Shown one piece after another: positions 10,142 through 20,222 of a stretch of DNA of 64,000 nucleotides; position 1 is the first letter of the stretch, and each line of letters begins with the position of its first letter. The stretch is taken from positions 1 to 64,000 of IMG/VR virus record IMGVR_UViG_3300046559_001153, one strand, 5' to 3'. The notes under the pieces are model-generated. The model did no database searches, was not told where the DNA came from, and worked only from the letters and a program-made list of their open reading frames with translations. A program made the position numbers and the translations under genes.

Positions 10142-10270
10142 ATGAGCATGTTGGTGAGCGTGAAAATTTGCTGGTATTTGGCCAACGGACTGGTGGCCTT
10201 TCTGTATTGGGCCGGATTTGAAGTTGGTCCGCCCGAAGATCCCGAACCGCCTAACGAGGAGTTATCGTGA
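10142..10270 (+). CDS. 42-aa membrane peptide (not in ORF track)
   Basis: GAGGTG SD; MSMLVSVKICWYLANGLVAFLYWAGF; GTGA overlap with next gene. Confidence 0.5.
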   Translation: MSMLVSVKICWYLANGLVAFLYWAGFEVGPPEDPEPPNEELS

Positions 10271-10503
10271 GCAACGAGACAGCACCGGGTGACGAGCCGA
10301 CCCTGATTGGCAAACGGCCAGACGAAATGGGCGGTCTGTTCAGTGTGATCCCCCAGCTTGAAGCACTGGTCGCGGAGGGCCAGAAGATTGTCGCAGCCAT
10401 CGACCCGGCCAAGATTCGCGATCTTTTTGACGCAATCAAGGTCGACGGCGACACAGTCACCCTCGATGTGAAACTGATTCTTCGAAAGACAGTGACCCCG
10501 TAG
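10267..10503 (+). CDS. Hypothetical protein
   Basis: GAGGAG SD, GTG start. Confidence 0.6.
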   Translation: MSNETAPGDEPTLIGKRPDEMGGLFSVIPQLEALVAEGQKIVAAIDPAKIRDLFDAIKVDGDTVTLDVKLILRKTVTP

Positions 10504-10513
10504 GAGCCATCGC

Positions 10514-10945
10514 GTGGCGACAGTTCAAGAGCTCAGCCAGACAATGTGTGCCTCGCCTGATTACCAGGCGAAGGTCAAACAATTGGAAGCCCCGTTTGTC
10601 ACTCTGGCAAGCGGCCAGACGGTCTCGCACGCTGACGTGGCGGCTGCTACAGCCGAGGCATTCGTCAGATTGCGAAAGCAGCCCGAATACGCCAGAGTGC
10701 TCGGGGCCCCGCGGCACAAGCAGAAGCGCAGAATCAAAGCTTTACAGGCTGCGGTCAAGCAGGATGTGGCTCAGAAGTTCGGTGTCGAGCTGCCGTCGGG
10801 TTTCACGATCGCCCTGCTCGGCGTGGCTGCAATTATCGGATTCGCTTTTGGCCCGGTAGTTCTGTTTACCGTAGCGATCGAAGCGGCTTTTGGCTGGTTG
10901 ATTGAAAAAGAATTGACTGACAATTTTGACGCCGTCACAGGGTAA
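10514..10945 (+). CDS. Membrane protein (holin candidate)
   Basis: AGGAG SD; basic stretch then long hydrophobic C-terminal segment. Confidence 0.5.
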   Translation: MATVQELSQTMCASPDYQAKVKQLEAPFVTLASGQTVSHADVAAATAEAFVRLRKQPEYARVLGAPRHKQKRRIKALQAAVKQDVAQKFGVELPSGFTIALLGVAAIIGFAFGPVVLFTVAIEAAFGWLIEKELTDNFDAVTG

Positions 10946-10947
10946 AG

Positions 10948-12492
10948 ATGCTCGAGTTGCCAGTCTACCCGGCCTCGGACCTCGATCGACCGCAACAACT
11001 AATTGCGGCGATCGGTTCATTTTGGGGCAATGTCTATGACGGCCGAGATTTCGTCGTCGATCTCTTGCAGGGCCGAGCCGCCGTCGTACGCCAAGCCTTC
11101 GCCGATCTGCAGGAAACGGCCAGCAGTCTGAGTCGGCACACGATCCCTGTGTTCCACAAAAAGGACTGGCAGCGGCTCACAATTGTCGCCTCGCAGGTGA
11201 ACAACTCGGTTATTAACCCATTGCTGTACGACGCAGGCGCCGCGTATGACAGCGGACTACAGTACAACGGGGCCCTATCCCGGTCCGACTTCGCATTCGC
11301 CTGTCCATCGCCCCTGAGAAACTGCCACACGATTTTCGACGCCCCCTCGACAGCGACTGTGTCATTGTCGTTGAATATCGACTTCATCCTGGACACGGTT
11401 AACGGCGTCGTCGCCTTCCGCAACAATCCATTCACCGACCCCAGGTTCTCGCCTCAGACCGTATTTGACGGGGCGTCATCAGACCAGACGTTGGACCTGT
11501 GGCTGTTCTCGGGAGATTACGAGACAAACCAGCTCTACCTGCAGTATGGCTCTGTGCTGGGTGTCCAGCTTCCATCCAGCGACGCGTACAAGCAATTGCT
11601 GAATGCCGTGTTCGACGCGATGGTGCAAGGCACAGCCATGCAGCAGATCCAGAGTTTCATGTCGGCCATTACAGGGATCCCTCTGGCGGCAGGGACCGAG
11701 GTTGTGCAGCTCGTGACGCAGGACGCGTCAGGGCGGCTGGTGATTACCGACCAAAACGTCTACCGGTTCGGATTCAGCGCTACGCCACTGGTGACCGTGG
11801 GGCAGACCGTAACCCAAGGACAAGCCCTGACGGACGGTCTGCAGATCTACGAATTGAACCAGGGGAAAATTCCCGCGGGTTTACAGTCGCTGGCTGTAGG
11901 CTCCGGTGTCCTGGCCGAGGGCTATTACCAGGATCTGGTCTTCCAAAACATGACCGTCCCGACAGTAGTGACCACTGACGCCAACGGCTTCACTGAGCTC
12001 CAGTTCCAGATCGGTGGATTCCCCGGGGATGTTACCGCGTTCTGGGATTCTGTGCATGCAGCCGGGCTGGCGGCCGGGCAGACGCTGGCCGATTTACTGG
12101 ATACCCGTCCAGTCAAAGACGGTCAGCCCACGGCCATCGCCCTGCCAACCACGATCAACCCGTTGCAGTTTTTGATCTCGAATGTGCTGAGAAGCAACGC
12201 ATTCGTCGTCATGTTCACCCCGTCGAGCGGGAACAGCAACGCAATCGGGTTCGATAACCTGCGGTTGCTGCATAAGATCCTGCCCCCACAAACGATTATG
12301 TTCGTGGTAATCAAGCTGGCCATGGCAGAAGGGCCCTTATTGCCCACCCAAGCGGCTACCGCATCGGCCCCAGGTATCGTAGAATCACTGGGCAAGTTCC
12401 TCATACCGCCGATTTTGCAGGATACAATCAATCCGACAGTTTTCATCACCGAACGTGCCTTGCCTCGATCCCTGGCTGGGCGGTGCCAGTAA
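10948..12492 (+). CDS. Putative baseplate wedge protein
   Basis: IGSFW N-terminus, YK.LL.AVF...QG, VITDQNVY..VG..V..GQ.L; structural context. Confidence 0.55.
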   Translation: MLELPVYPASDLDRPQQLIAAIGSFWGNVYDGRDFVVDLLQGRAAVVRQAFADLQETASSLSRHTIPVFHKKDWQRLTIVASQVNNSVINPLLYDAGAAYDSGLQYNGALSRSDFAFACPSPLRNCHTIFDAPSTATVSLSLNIDFILDTVNGVVAFRNNPFTDPRFSPQTVFDGASSDQTLDLWLFSGDYETNQLYLQYGSVLGVQLPSSDAYKQLLNAVFDAMVQGTAMQQIQSFMSAITGIPLAAGTEVVQLVTQDASGRLVITDQNVYRFGFSATPLVTVGQTVTQGQALTDGLQIYELNQGKIPAGLQSLAVGSGVLAEGYYQDLVFQNMTVPTVVTTDANGFTELQFQIGGFPGDVTAFWDSVHAAGLAAGQTLADLLDTRPVKDGQPTAIALPTTINPLQFLISNVLRSNAFVVMFTPSSGNSNAIGFDNLRLLHKILPPQTIMFVVIKLAMAEGPLLPTQAATASAPGIVESLGKFLIPPILQDTINPTVFITERALPRSLAGRCQ

Positions 12493-12497
12493 CCCGA

Positions 12498-12515
12498 ACC
12501 TTATTAAAAAGTTAA
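12498..12515. promoter_or_regulatory. Palindrome copy 2 (ACCTTATTAAAAAGTTAA)
   Basis: Exact reverse complement of 27814-27831; intergenic, 3 nt before ATG. Confidence 0.55.
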
Positions 12516-12518
12516 GCC

Positions 12519-13100
12519 ATGTTCACACCAGGTATTCGCGGCCGCGGGCGTCTTGGACTGGTTTTGCCCGGCGAGGAATTTAAGTCGGTAAGCCCGTGGC
12601 AACACAACGATGTGCTCTACGACTGGGCGACAATCGTTGGAAACAGGCTGGTCACAAATACGCCGGACTACAAAATCTCGTTCATGTACATCGAGTTCGA
12701 GAACGTTGCCAGCCCGTCTAATCCGGTTTCGCTGCCAATCGTTTATCGCGGCGGCGGACAGGCGTACTATCGCAGCCTGTCAAGCAGCCCCAACAACGAC
12801 TACCTGCGGGTTCCCATTATCTCAGGTGTGCTGACGTCGACTGACATCGACAATTTCCCCGGTGGCAACCTGTTGACGTTCTTTGCCCAGACTCAAGGCC
12901 TTACCGGCGTGAACGGTAAGCCGTTCTCCAACGCGGCAAACTCCAAGGTCTACGGGGGCGCCTTGATTGCAGCGCCTGACCCGGATGACGCGACTCAAGA
13001 CTTGATCTTCGCCCGATTGTACTACGCAGCTGTCGATCAGATCATCAAACCAGCCACGTCGGCACAAGTCGGAATGCAGTGGGAAGAGAATCTCGGATAG
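12519..13100 (+). CDS. Putative baseplate/tail structural protein
   Basis: 193 aa beta-rich ORF in structural run. Confidence 0.55.
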   Translation: MFTPGIRGRGRLGLVLPGEEFKSVSPWQHNDVLYDWATIVGNRLVTNTPDYKISFMYIEFENVASPSNPVSLPIVYRGGGQAYYRSLSSSPNNDYLRVPIISGVLTSTDIDNFPGGNLLTFFAQTQGLTGVNGKPFSNAANSKVYGGALIAAPDPDDATQDLIFARLYYAAVDQIIKPATSAQVGMQWEENLG

Positions 13101-13115
13101 TCCAATAGGCCAAGG

Positions 13116-14936
13116 ATGGCGCAAATGGGTAGTTTCAACCCGCTGATCGATATTATCAAGTCCGGCGAGCCTGTCTCAGCTGGAGTGACCAACCGGCCGA
13201 TTACCGAGCTGGAAGGGCAGATTCTCTACCTGAAGAGTCTGATCGACGCAGCCGGGGCCGGACAAGCCCTCTACGCGATGGGGGTTACAATTGAGCCGGC
13301 TGTCCAGGTGGGCATGCCCGTCTTCTATAATTCGATCACCCAGCAGTTTGAACGGGCTCTGGCGGCCATAGCAACGGATCCCGTCACCGGCGTCCTGACG
13401 ATGGCCGCATCGGCTCAGGTGTGGGGAATTGTTTCAGCCAAGGTGTCGGCCAACCAGGCCAACCTGCTTCTCGCCGGCATGATCCCTCTCGATCTGACAG
13501 CCGCACTGAATGGAGCGGCGTTGACAGCCGGCATCTATCACCTGTCGGGACAGTTCAGCGGTGTTCTGTTGAGCCAAAAGCCGCCGGTATCTGTACCTAT
13601 CCTTCGCGCAGACGGCCAGGGCAATATCCTTTTCACCCCTACGTACCGTGATTTGCTCGAGTCACACGTGCACTACCGGGTCGAATTGGCGGCTCTGCCG
13701 GCCGGAGGGACAGTCCCGCCGCTTCCCGGTCATGTCCACGTCATCACTGACCCCGACCCGATTCTACCGGGATGGCTGCCAGCCAATGATGCCACTTTCC
13801 TGGGCAACGCCCCGCTGGGCGCCGAGTTCGGATACAACATCAACGCCGACCCCGTTCTGAAGAACCTGTGGCCGCCGATTCCTGTCAGCTCGGCTTATCT
13901 CGAGTGGGACAAAGGCGAGCATCCACAGTTCGGATTCCAGGGGGTTCCGCTTGGCCCGCTCGGTAAGGCGATCGTCGACCGCAATGGGATCTGGTGGATG
14001 ACCAATTGTTATGGCGATGCGCCGTGGCCCAAGAACTGGTCAACTGCCCGTGAGTCGCACCAGTCGGATGCGTCACTGGGGCCTGACGATCTCAACGAAT
14101 GCCCAAGGGATCTGCACATGCGGATCGCCTTGTTCTTCAATCGACAGGTTTTTGAGAATGACGTCACTACCGTGACCAGTCTTCGATCGGCCGACAGCCG
14201 AATTGTCGTCCGATGTCTCAGTACGGCCGATCCGACCGCCACGACAGGCGACTTGTCTCTAAGCCTGAATCTGCAGTTGATCGCGTCCGGCACGACAGAT
14301 ACTGGCTGGATCGTTTTCAAGAATTTCAACAATGGAACTTTCAGCGGGGGCCCTGTCACAGAAGGTTTGCAGCCGCTTTCGTCCAACGTGTCGATGACCG
14401 GCACGGCCGTGCGGTTAGACAGCCTCGGCAATCCCATCTACCAGGGCATTGTTGGAATCGCCGTCTCTCCGTTCGCGTCGCAGGAACTGGATGTCGATCA
14501 GGTGTTCCTCTACGGGGCCACAGTCGAGAATTTCGGCAACGTGATCTATCTCGGGATGGCGACAGGCAAGCTGTCCTCATACCGCGGCAAGATTTATGTG
14601 CCCGAGCAAATCGGCTATGTCACTCCAAAGATGCGAATTCGCCTGTGGGTTCTAGGTCGAAGCTCTGGCACATTGCCCGCGTTGGCGTTGACCTACATGC
14701 GATTACCGATGCCGCCTAGCGGCCTGATCACGCCTGTCGCCCTGCCTACCAGCGACACACCCGTTGCTATTACCACAGCGGCACCTGTAGCAGCCAGCCA
14801 GTACGTCGAGGCAGTCAGCGCACCGTTCGATGTCAGCCCAGGAGATACGATCTACTTTACGGTGACCCGAGCCATCGACGGTTACGCCGGGCAGGTGGGT
14901 GTGATTCGCCAGGTGGGCGTTCTCTCCGGGAGTTGA
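13116..14936 (+). CDS. Putative tail fiber/baseplate attachment protein
   Basis: GEPVSAGVTNRPI..L....YLK start typical of tail-fiber N-termini; VGMPVFY..A.A..GIV module. Confidence 0.55.
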   Translation: MAQMGSFNPLIDIIKSGEPVSAGVTNRPITELEGQILYLKSLIDAAGAGQALYAMGVTIEPAVQVGMPVFYNSITQQFERALAAIATDPVTGVLTMAASAQVWGIVSAKVSANQANLLLAGMIPLDLTAALNGAALTAGIYHLSGQFSGVLLSQKPPVSVPILRADGQGNILFTPTYRDLLESHVHYRVELAALPAGGTVPPLPGHVHVITDPDPILPGWLPANDATFLGNAPLGAEFGYNINADPVLKNLWPPIPVSSAYLEWDKGEHPQFGFQGVPLGPLGKAIVDRNGIWWMTNCYGDAPWPKNWSTARESHQSDASLGPDDLNECPRDLHMRIALFFNRQVFENDVTTVTSLRSADSRIVVRCLSTADPTATTGDLSLSLNLQLIASGTTDTGWIVFKNFNNGTFSGGPVTEGLQPLSSNVSMTGTAVRLDSLGNPIYQGIVGIAVSPFASQELDVDQVFLYGATVENFGNVIYLGMATGKLSSYRGKIYVPEQIGYVTPKMRIRLWVLGRSSGTLPALALTYMRLPMPPSGLITPVALPTSDTPVAITTAAPVAASQYVEAVSAPFDVSPGDTIYFTVTRAIDGYAGQVGVIRQVGVLSGS

Positions 14937-14939
14937 TCG

Positions 14940-15881
14940 ATGCCCATTGGAATAGTTAATCTCGAATTTCTGAATCACAACGCCGAGCGTCGGTATCCGT
15001 TGGCGTATGACGCAAGTGCTCAGGATGTGACGGGCACCTTCACGATCCCCGACGACTTCATGGTCGAACTGCGTCTGGCTGTAGACGCCAGCTGGGCTAT
15101 TTCGCCAGCCAACTTCTTCATCTCGCAGATTGGCGCATTCGCGACTGGCTATTCGATCGTTATCTCGTACATGTCCGGAACTACGGCAATCCCGATTGCG
15201 TCTGCCCTGGTCGCCGCTCCGACCTTCGCCAGGGGTCAGGTTTACCAACTGATCGGGAACAGCCAATTCCCGAATACGGCCGGCCAAATTGCCATCTGGA
15301 GCCTCGATTCGATAAACCTGCAGCCGCCCGGTCTGTGGACGTTTAATGCGACTGGGGCCAAGATCGACACCGACTGTGTCGTGCCCAGCCTGTCCGGCGT
15401 GACAAGCCTGGCTACGGTAAATGGATCCACAGTCAGTGCCGCCTACTCGGGGATTATCGAACTGGTAGCCGGGACAAACATTACCCTGGTTCCAACTGTG
15501 GTTGGTGGGATCACTACGATCCAAATCAACGCAATTGACGGGGCTGGTTTGAATTCGGAATGCGGCTGTGCCGGAGCCCCGGCTGTACCTATCACTCGTA
15601 TTAACGGGGTGCCGCCGACAGCTGCCGGCGACTTCACTCTTTTAGGTGACGACTGCTTACAAATCACAGCAATCGGGCACGGGTTACAATTGACGGACAG
15701 CTGCTCGCAACCGTGCTGTGGATGCCAGGAGCTGGCTGCCATTACGCAGGACCTCGAGCAGTTTGGCGCCGAGGCGACCACGTTGCAGACGTTCGTCAAT
15801 GCGTTGAGCGTATCTGTAAACCAAATGAACATGGTTGTCCTGGGTAGTCGTCTTTCAGATAACAGTTGCCAAGTTTGTTGA
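14940..15881 (+). CDS. Cys-rich tail-associated paralog 1
   Basis: EFLNHNAERRYPL; LVAGTNI; RINGVPPTAAGDF; CSQPCCGC then coiled coil. Confidence 0.6.
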   Translation: MPIGIVNLEFLNHNAERRYPLAYDASAQDVTGTFTIPDDFMVELRLAVDASWAISPANFFISQIGAFATGYSIVISYMSGTTAIPIASALVAAPTFARGQVYQLIGNSQFPNTAGQIAIWSLDSINLQPPGLWTFNATGAKIDTDCVVPSLSGVTSLATVNGSTVSAAYSGIIELVAGTNITLVPTVVGGITTIQINAIDGAGLNSECGCAGAPAVPITRINGVPPTAAGDFTLLGDDCLQITAIGHGLQLTDSCSQPCCGCQELAAITQDLEQFGAEATTLQTFVNALSVSVNQMNMVVLGSRLSDNSCQVC

Positions 15882-15887
15882 GATGAA

Positions 15888-17675
15888 ATGGCCGTCGACT
15901 ATCCTGTTAATCCCGTCGCCATGGATCAGGCTCCACTTGGTGGCACGAACTTTCCGTTCGTGGACACCTCGACGGGTCTGGAATTCCTCATTGCCGATCT
16001 CAACCTGACTTACTCTGACGACGCGTCTGTCTTCGCTTTACCGTTCCGACTCGACTGGCTGCACGGCTTCGGCTCGATGCCCCACTCGGCACCGAGTTTC
16101 GCGCCGACGCCTACCCACGCTCAGGATGTCTTAATCCGTGACGCCAACGAGCAGGTAGTATTCAGCTCTGCTACTGGCAGCTTCAACGTGACAGTCTGGA
16201 ATTCCAGCCTGACTGTTCTGACCTGGAAAACAGCGATGGGGGTTTTGTCGCTCGTCTGGGTTACACAATGGCCCAGCGGACCGACGGCCCCGAACTATTT
16301 CACGAATATCGCCTTCACAAACGTCAAACTTGATTTGCGTACCTGCCAGCGTCTGCCGCCGCATGTTACGGGCATCAAAATCGGCAGCACGGTCTACACA
16401 GGCCAGATTCAGCTGGCGGCCGGGTATAACATCAATCTCGAAAAGGTTGAACAAACGGGCTTTGATAGCGGTATCCAGAATGTGACGGCCCTGCAGATTG
16501 ATGCCGTTCCAGGCGCGGGCCTGGGTCAATTTTCAGACTGCACAGAGGCCAATGTCGTACTACGCAGGGTTAATGGCCAGAGCCCTGACAGCAATGGGAA
16601 TCTGCAGTTGGATCTCGCCGGCTGTTATCGATTGCAACTGGCCGGAGCCATAACGTCGACCAGCCCGCGTGTGTTCAAAACGACACTCGGAACGTTGCAA
16701 TTCAGCAACGACTGCGCCCCATGCTGCGATTGCCAGGACTACGTCAACACCTATCGAGGCCTGACGAACGTTTGGAACCAGTTCTACCAGATAGACGTGG
16801 ACGCTCACCAGGCAAGAGACCAGTTGCAGGCAAACATCGCGAGATGGGATTCACAAAAATCCTGTCGTGAGGCAACAGCGGTTCGTTTGTTAATGGTCCC
16901 GTTCTGTCCATGCCTGATCGGTGTGGTCGGATCGTACTGCAATATGACTGGGACCTGCCTGACAAATGTGACAATGACGTTCAACTTTTCCGGGCTGACC
17001 GAGCTGTCGCCGGACGTGATCTGTGGCCAGACTGTGATCAATAACGATCAGCAGTACGCATTGGCCGGGTCGTGGCCTCAGTATACGGCTTACTTCGACA
17101 ACGTCAGCGCTGGACAACGAGTTTCGGTTCAATTTGCGGTGGAGGCAAAAAACTGTCAGTCGTCTGAGCCGTTGACTGGAACACTCGGTGTTGCGTTCGG
17201 GGCGTCGTCAGCCACACCGCCGCCATCCGCCAGTCAGTCGATCTTGATGCTGGCGCCGGATGGAATCACCGGAGATTGTTGCGATCCCGGCGCAACTTTA
17301 GGGACGTCGTCTACGTCCTCCACGACGTCTAGTACTACTACGACTACCACCACTACCACGACCACAACTACCACCACTACCACGACCACAACTACCACCA
17401 CTACTACGACCACGACCACCACTACTACGACCACGACTACCACCACTACTACGACCACGACCACCACTACTACCACGACTACCACCACTACTACGACCAC
17501 CACTGGCACGTCCGGTACCGGATCGCACGTATGCCAGGCCGTCTGCTCGTGGATGTGGATGGGCGATACATGGTCCTTGCAATCTGGTTGTGAGGTCGGT
17601 TGCGGATGCGCGCCACCTGGAGCTTGTCCGGGCTGCTTTGTCGGCCAATTAGCCGGGTCGGACTGCCACAATTAA
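15888..17675 (+). CDS. Cys-rich tail-associated paralog 2 with poly-Thr stalk
   Basis: NFPF; LAAGYNI; RVNGQSPDSNGNL; CAPCCDC; 57 Thr; Cys/Trp C-terminal module. Confidence 0.65.
   Translation: MAVDYPVNPVAMDQAPLGGTNFPFVDTSTGLEFLIADLNLTYSDDASVFALPFRLDWLHGFGSMPHSAPSFAPTPTHAQDVLIRDANEQVVFSSATGSFNVTVWNSSLTVLTWKTAMGVLSLVWVTQWPSGPTAPNYFTNIAFTNVKLDLRTCQRLPPHVTGIKIGSTVYTGQIQLAAGYNINLEKVEQTGFDSGIQNVTALQIDAVPGAGLGQFSDCTEANVVLRRVNGQSPDSNGNLQLDLAGCYRLQLAGAITSTSPRVFKTTLGTLQFSNDCAPCCDCQDYVNTYRGLTNVWNQFYQIDVDAHQARDQLQANIARWDSQKSCREATAVRLLMVPFCPCLIGVVGSYCNMTGTCLTNVTMTFNFSGLTELSPDVICGQTVINNDQQYALAGSWPQYTAYFDNVSAGQRVSVQFAVEAKNCQSSEPLTGTLGVAFGASSATPPPSASQSILMLAPDGITGDCCDPGATLGTSSTSSTTSSTTTTTTTTTTTTTTTTTTTTTTTTTTTTTTTTTTTTTTTTTTTTTTTTTTTTTTTTTGTSGTGSHVCQAVCSWMWMGDTWSLQSGCEVGCGCAPPGACPGCFVGQLAGSDCHN
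17334..17504 (+). repeat. (ACN)57 tract encoding 57 consecutive threonines
   Basis: 171 nt of mixed ACT/ACC/ACG/ACA codons in frame. Confidence 0.95.
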
Positions 17676-17731
17676 ACAACCAGCCGAATTGCCAATGACA
17701 ATCTGCGACACGGCCTATACGCTAGTCAGCT

Positions 17732-19354
17732 ATGCCAACCTGGAATGAACACTGGTATGTAGCGAATCAGCAACGAGCTTACCCGCTTGCCGAGACAGCC
17801 ACACTGTTGTCTGACAACGGCGTCCAGCTGCCGCACGGGGTGCTTGTCGACGCGGTCATCCGCTTCCCGACATCGCTCGGAAATTGGCTGTTTTTGAGCT
17901 CAGTCACGATCACAGCCAATCTCGTCTCTTTGACGTTTCAAGCTGCCACATCGCTGAGCGGGCCCATGTCTCTGCTACCGGCGGCCGTGTTGTCGTTGCC
18001 CAAACCTATCGACATCTACCGGGTGATCGCCCTGCAAGCACAGTACCCAGGTGTTTACGGCTATGTCGTATTCGGGGAAGAAATCAACAATCTCGATTCG
18101 TTCTTCGGCCGATTTTCAACGCCTGGCCAGTCTGTGGTCGTTCCGAAGGCTGCCCGTCCTTATGCCGATTTGCCGATCTCGTCTGTTGGTGTTCCGGAAG
18201 CGGGATCGGGGCTTACCGGATTGGTCAAATTGACCGCTCAGGCCCCTCTCGAGATCGTCAAGGAAACTCGTGAAATCGACAACATCGTCCGAGACGCTGT
18301 CGTTATTCGGTTGGTCCAACCGATTGGCCAAGCTACGAACGTATTTCAACAGTTCACAGGCGCGTGTGGCGGCCGACCCGAAAGCAACACATGCAGCCAA
18401 TCAGCCGTCGAGTTTATCAACAATGTGGCGCCTGACTGCGCCGGAACGCTGACTCTCAAATTCGCCGGAGCGATCGACGTGGCAAGCACCACTCCGATTG
18501 TCGGGGCTGTGGTCGACGGCACGTACGGTCTGGCAGAAACCTGTTTGAATAAGAACCAGGTACCGACCGCGGACGGCAAATTGCCCAATCAATACCCGAA
18601 TCTCTGCAACCTGCTGGTTAGCAGCCAAAACCTGGAAGTCAGCTTGCCGCCATGGCCACCGGTCCAGACGCACGGACACTCGACGTTGCCTTACACGGAC
18701 GACTTTGACGCTTGCGTGGCTCGTGACTTTCTGATCATTCAAGGCGGCTGGACATTTACGAGCGACGATTCACCCGATCAGATGCTTTCAGAACCGCCAA
18801 ACGGCCCGTCGCAATGTCCCGTCGGTTCAACCGGGCACATGTCGCTGTCGACGGAGACAACGATTGGAGCCAGCGTTCGCAACATTGATGTCTGGACAGG
18901 CAACGGGCAGACGTCTGGTGTTGAGATCATCACAGACTTCAACGTTCAACAAGGGCCGATCGGCGCTTTGCACAACGCCGGGATCATTTTGAATTACAGG
19001 CCGCACCAGACGGATGCAGACCGGTACGTCTATTATCTGGTGCAGGTCGACTATGACGCACAAGCTTTGCAGCTGTGGTTCTTCAACGGTACGCAGTTCG
19101 TCTTGATCGGCTCTGTGCCGCTCGTGGGTATGCTCTTCGGCGTCTGGTACAGGGTCTTTGTCATAGTGCGGCCGGGGCTCGGTAGTGGGGTAACCATTCA
19201 AGCTCAAGTTCTATCGCTGATTGATGGGAGCATCAATGTGACTTTCGGACCAGTCGCGGTAAACAGTTATCTGCCGGCAACCGGTTACAATGGCCTTGAA
19301 TCTAACCGGTCGTTCACCCGTTTCTCATTTTGGCACGCCAACTCAGTAGCCTGA
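17732..19354 (+). CDS. Tail-associated paralog 3 with C-terminal lectin-like beta-sandwich
   Basis: WYVANQQRAYPL; FINNVAPDCAG; YTDDF...AGIILNY...YYLV...WYRV...G.NGL. Confidence 0.55.
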   Translation: MPTWNEHWYVANQQRAYPLAETATLLSDNGVQLPHGVLVDAVIRFPTSLGNWLFLSSVTITANLVSLTFQAATSLSGPMSLLPAAVLSLPKPIDIYRVIALQAQYPGVYGYVVFGEEINNLDSFFGRFSTPGQSVVVPKAARPYADLPISSVGVPEAGSGLTGLVKLTAQAPLEIVKETREIDNIVRDAVVIRLVQPIGQATNVFQQFTGACGGRPESNTCSQSAVEFINNVAPDCAGTLTLKFAGAIDVASTTPIVGAVVDGTYGLAETCLNKNQVPTADGKLPNQYPNLCNLLVSSQNLEVSLPPWPPVQTHGHSTLPYTDDFDACVARDFLIIQGGWTFTSDDSPDQMLSEPPNGPSQCPVGSTGHMSLSTETTIGASVRNIDVWTGNGQTSGVEIITDFNVQQGPIGALHNAGIILNYRPHQTDADRYVYYLVQVDYDAQALQLWFFNGTQFVLIGSVPLVGMLFGVWYRVFVIVRPGLGSGVTIQAQVLSLIDGSINVTFGPVAVNSYLPATGYNGLESNRSFTRFSFWHANSVA

Positions 19355-19357
19355 CCA

Positions 19358-20152
19358 ATGCCCGAATTTACAATAGTTCCGGAATGGCGTGACGACCAGC
19401 AGGCGACCGGCTGGCCGTTCAGCTTGGACGTGAAACCAAGCAACCAGGCTGGGTACTTCATCCCCGACTCGACATTCTTGGACGCCGCCTTTTACCCGGT
19501 TGGCGGGACTGTCGGTCTGTACATCTCGAGTATCGCCGTAGCCAGCGGGCTCGTCACGATTACGGTGAGCGACTCGGGAATTAACGGACTGGCCACCGGC
19601 AGTTTCTCCTTGTTAAACCCGCCGAGCTTGATTGACTTCTTCGACTCTTTCGGGCGACCGGCAGGCGTAATCGTTTCAGACCCGACACGATTGGCAGTTT
19701 TTCAGGCCTGGGCAACCGGCACACAGACTTTCACAGCCGACCAGACAGAGTTCGTTGCGACCGTGTATCAGCCGTCGCCTGAGATCGGCTTCAGAGGATT
19801 TGTTCTAGCCGACGGAAGCCTGGTGACAGGCGATATCTGGCTGGTTGGTGATGACGGCGTAGTCGTTAGGAATGACCCGGGCAATCCGGAACCGGTCATC
19901 CGTGTCGATGCGGTCGGTGATCCGTTGTTCGCTCGCCGGTTGTGCCAGCCAGACAATTTGTTTGTTACCCCGCGGTACGTCCAACAGATCAAAGTCATCT
20001 CTGGCAACGGGACATTCACGGTGACGCCCGATCAAACAGGAAATTTCGAAATCAGCGTCGGTAGCAATCTGGCAACAGATGTCGCTTTGCGGGTCCGAAC
20101 GACCAATTCGGGGCTCGTTTTCGAGGTAATGGGATCGAGCTCTGCTGTCTGA
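19358..20152 (+). CDS. Tail-associated paralog 4
   Basis: EWRDDQQATGWPF; IPD..FLDA; LVGDDGV; PDQTGNF. Confidence 0.55.
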   Translation: MPEFTIVPEWRDDQQATGWPFSLDVKPSNQAGYFIPDSTFLDAAFYPVGGTVGLYISSIAVASGLVTITVSDSGINGLATGSFSLLNPPSLIDFFDSFGRPAGVIVSDPTRLAVFQAWATGTQTFTADQTEFVATVYQPSPEIGFRGFVLADGSLVTGDIWLVGDDGVVVRNDPGNPEPVIRVDAVGDPLFARRLCQPDNLFVTPRYVQQIKVISGNGTFTVTPDQTGNFEISVGSNLATDVALRVRTTNSGLVFEVMGSSSAV

Positions 20153-20222
20153 ATTAACCCGGTTTTGGGGGTATATACAGTGACGGCCAGAGCTATTCAT
20201 TACCCCTTCTGAGGATCAAATC

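Noticed and set aside
17234-17671. Minus-strand poly-Val and Gly/Ser/Arg ORFs
   Set aside because: Antisense shadows of the poly-Thr tract
17690-17725. TACGCTA as a late promoter element (also near 47320)
   Set aside because: Only two short occurrences; insufficient support
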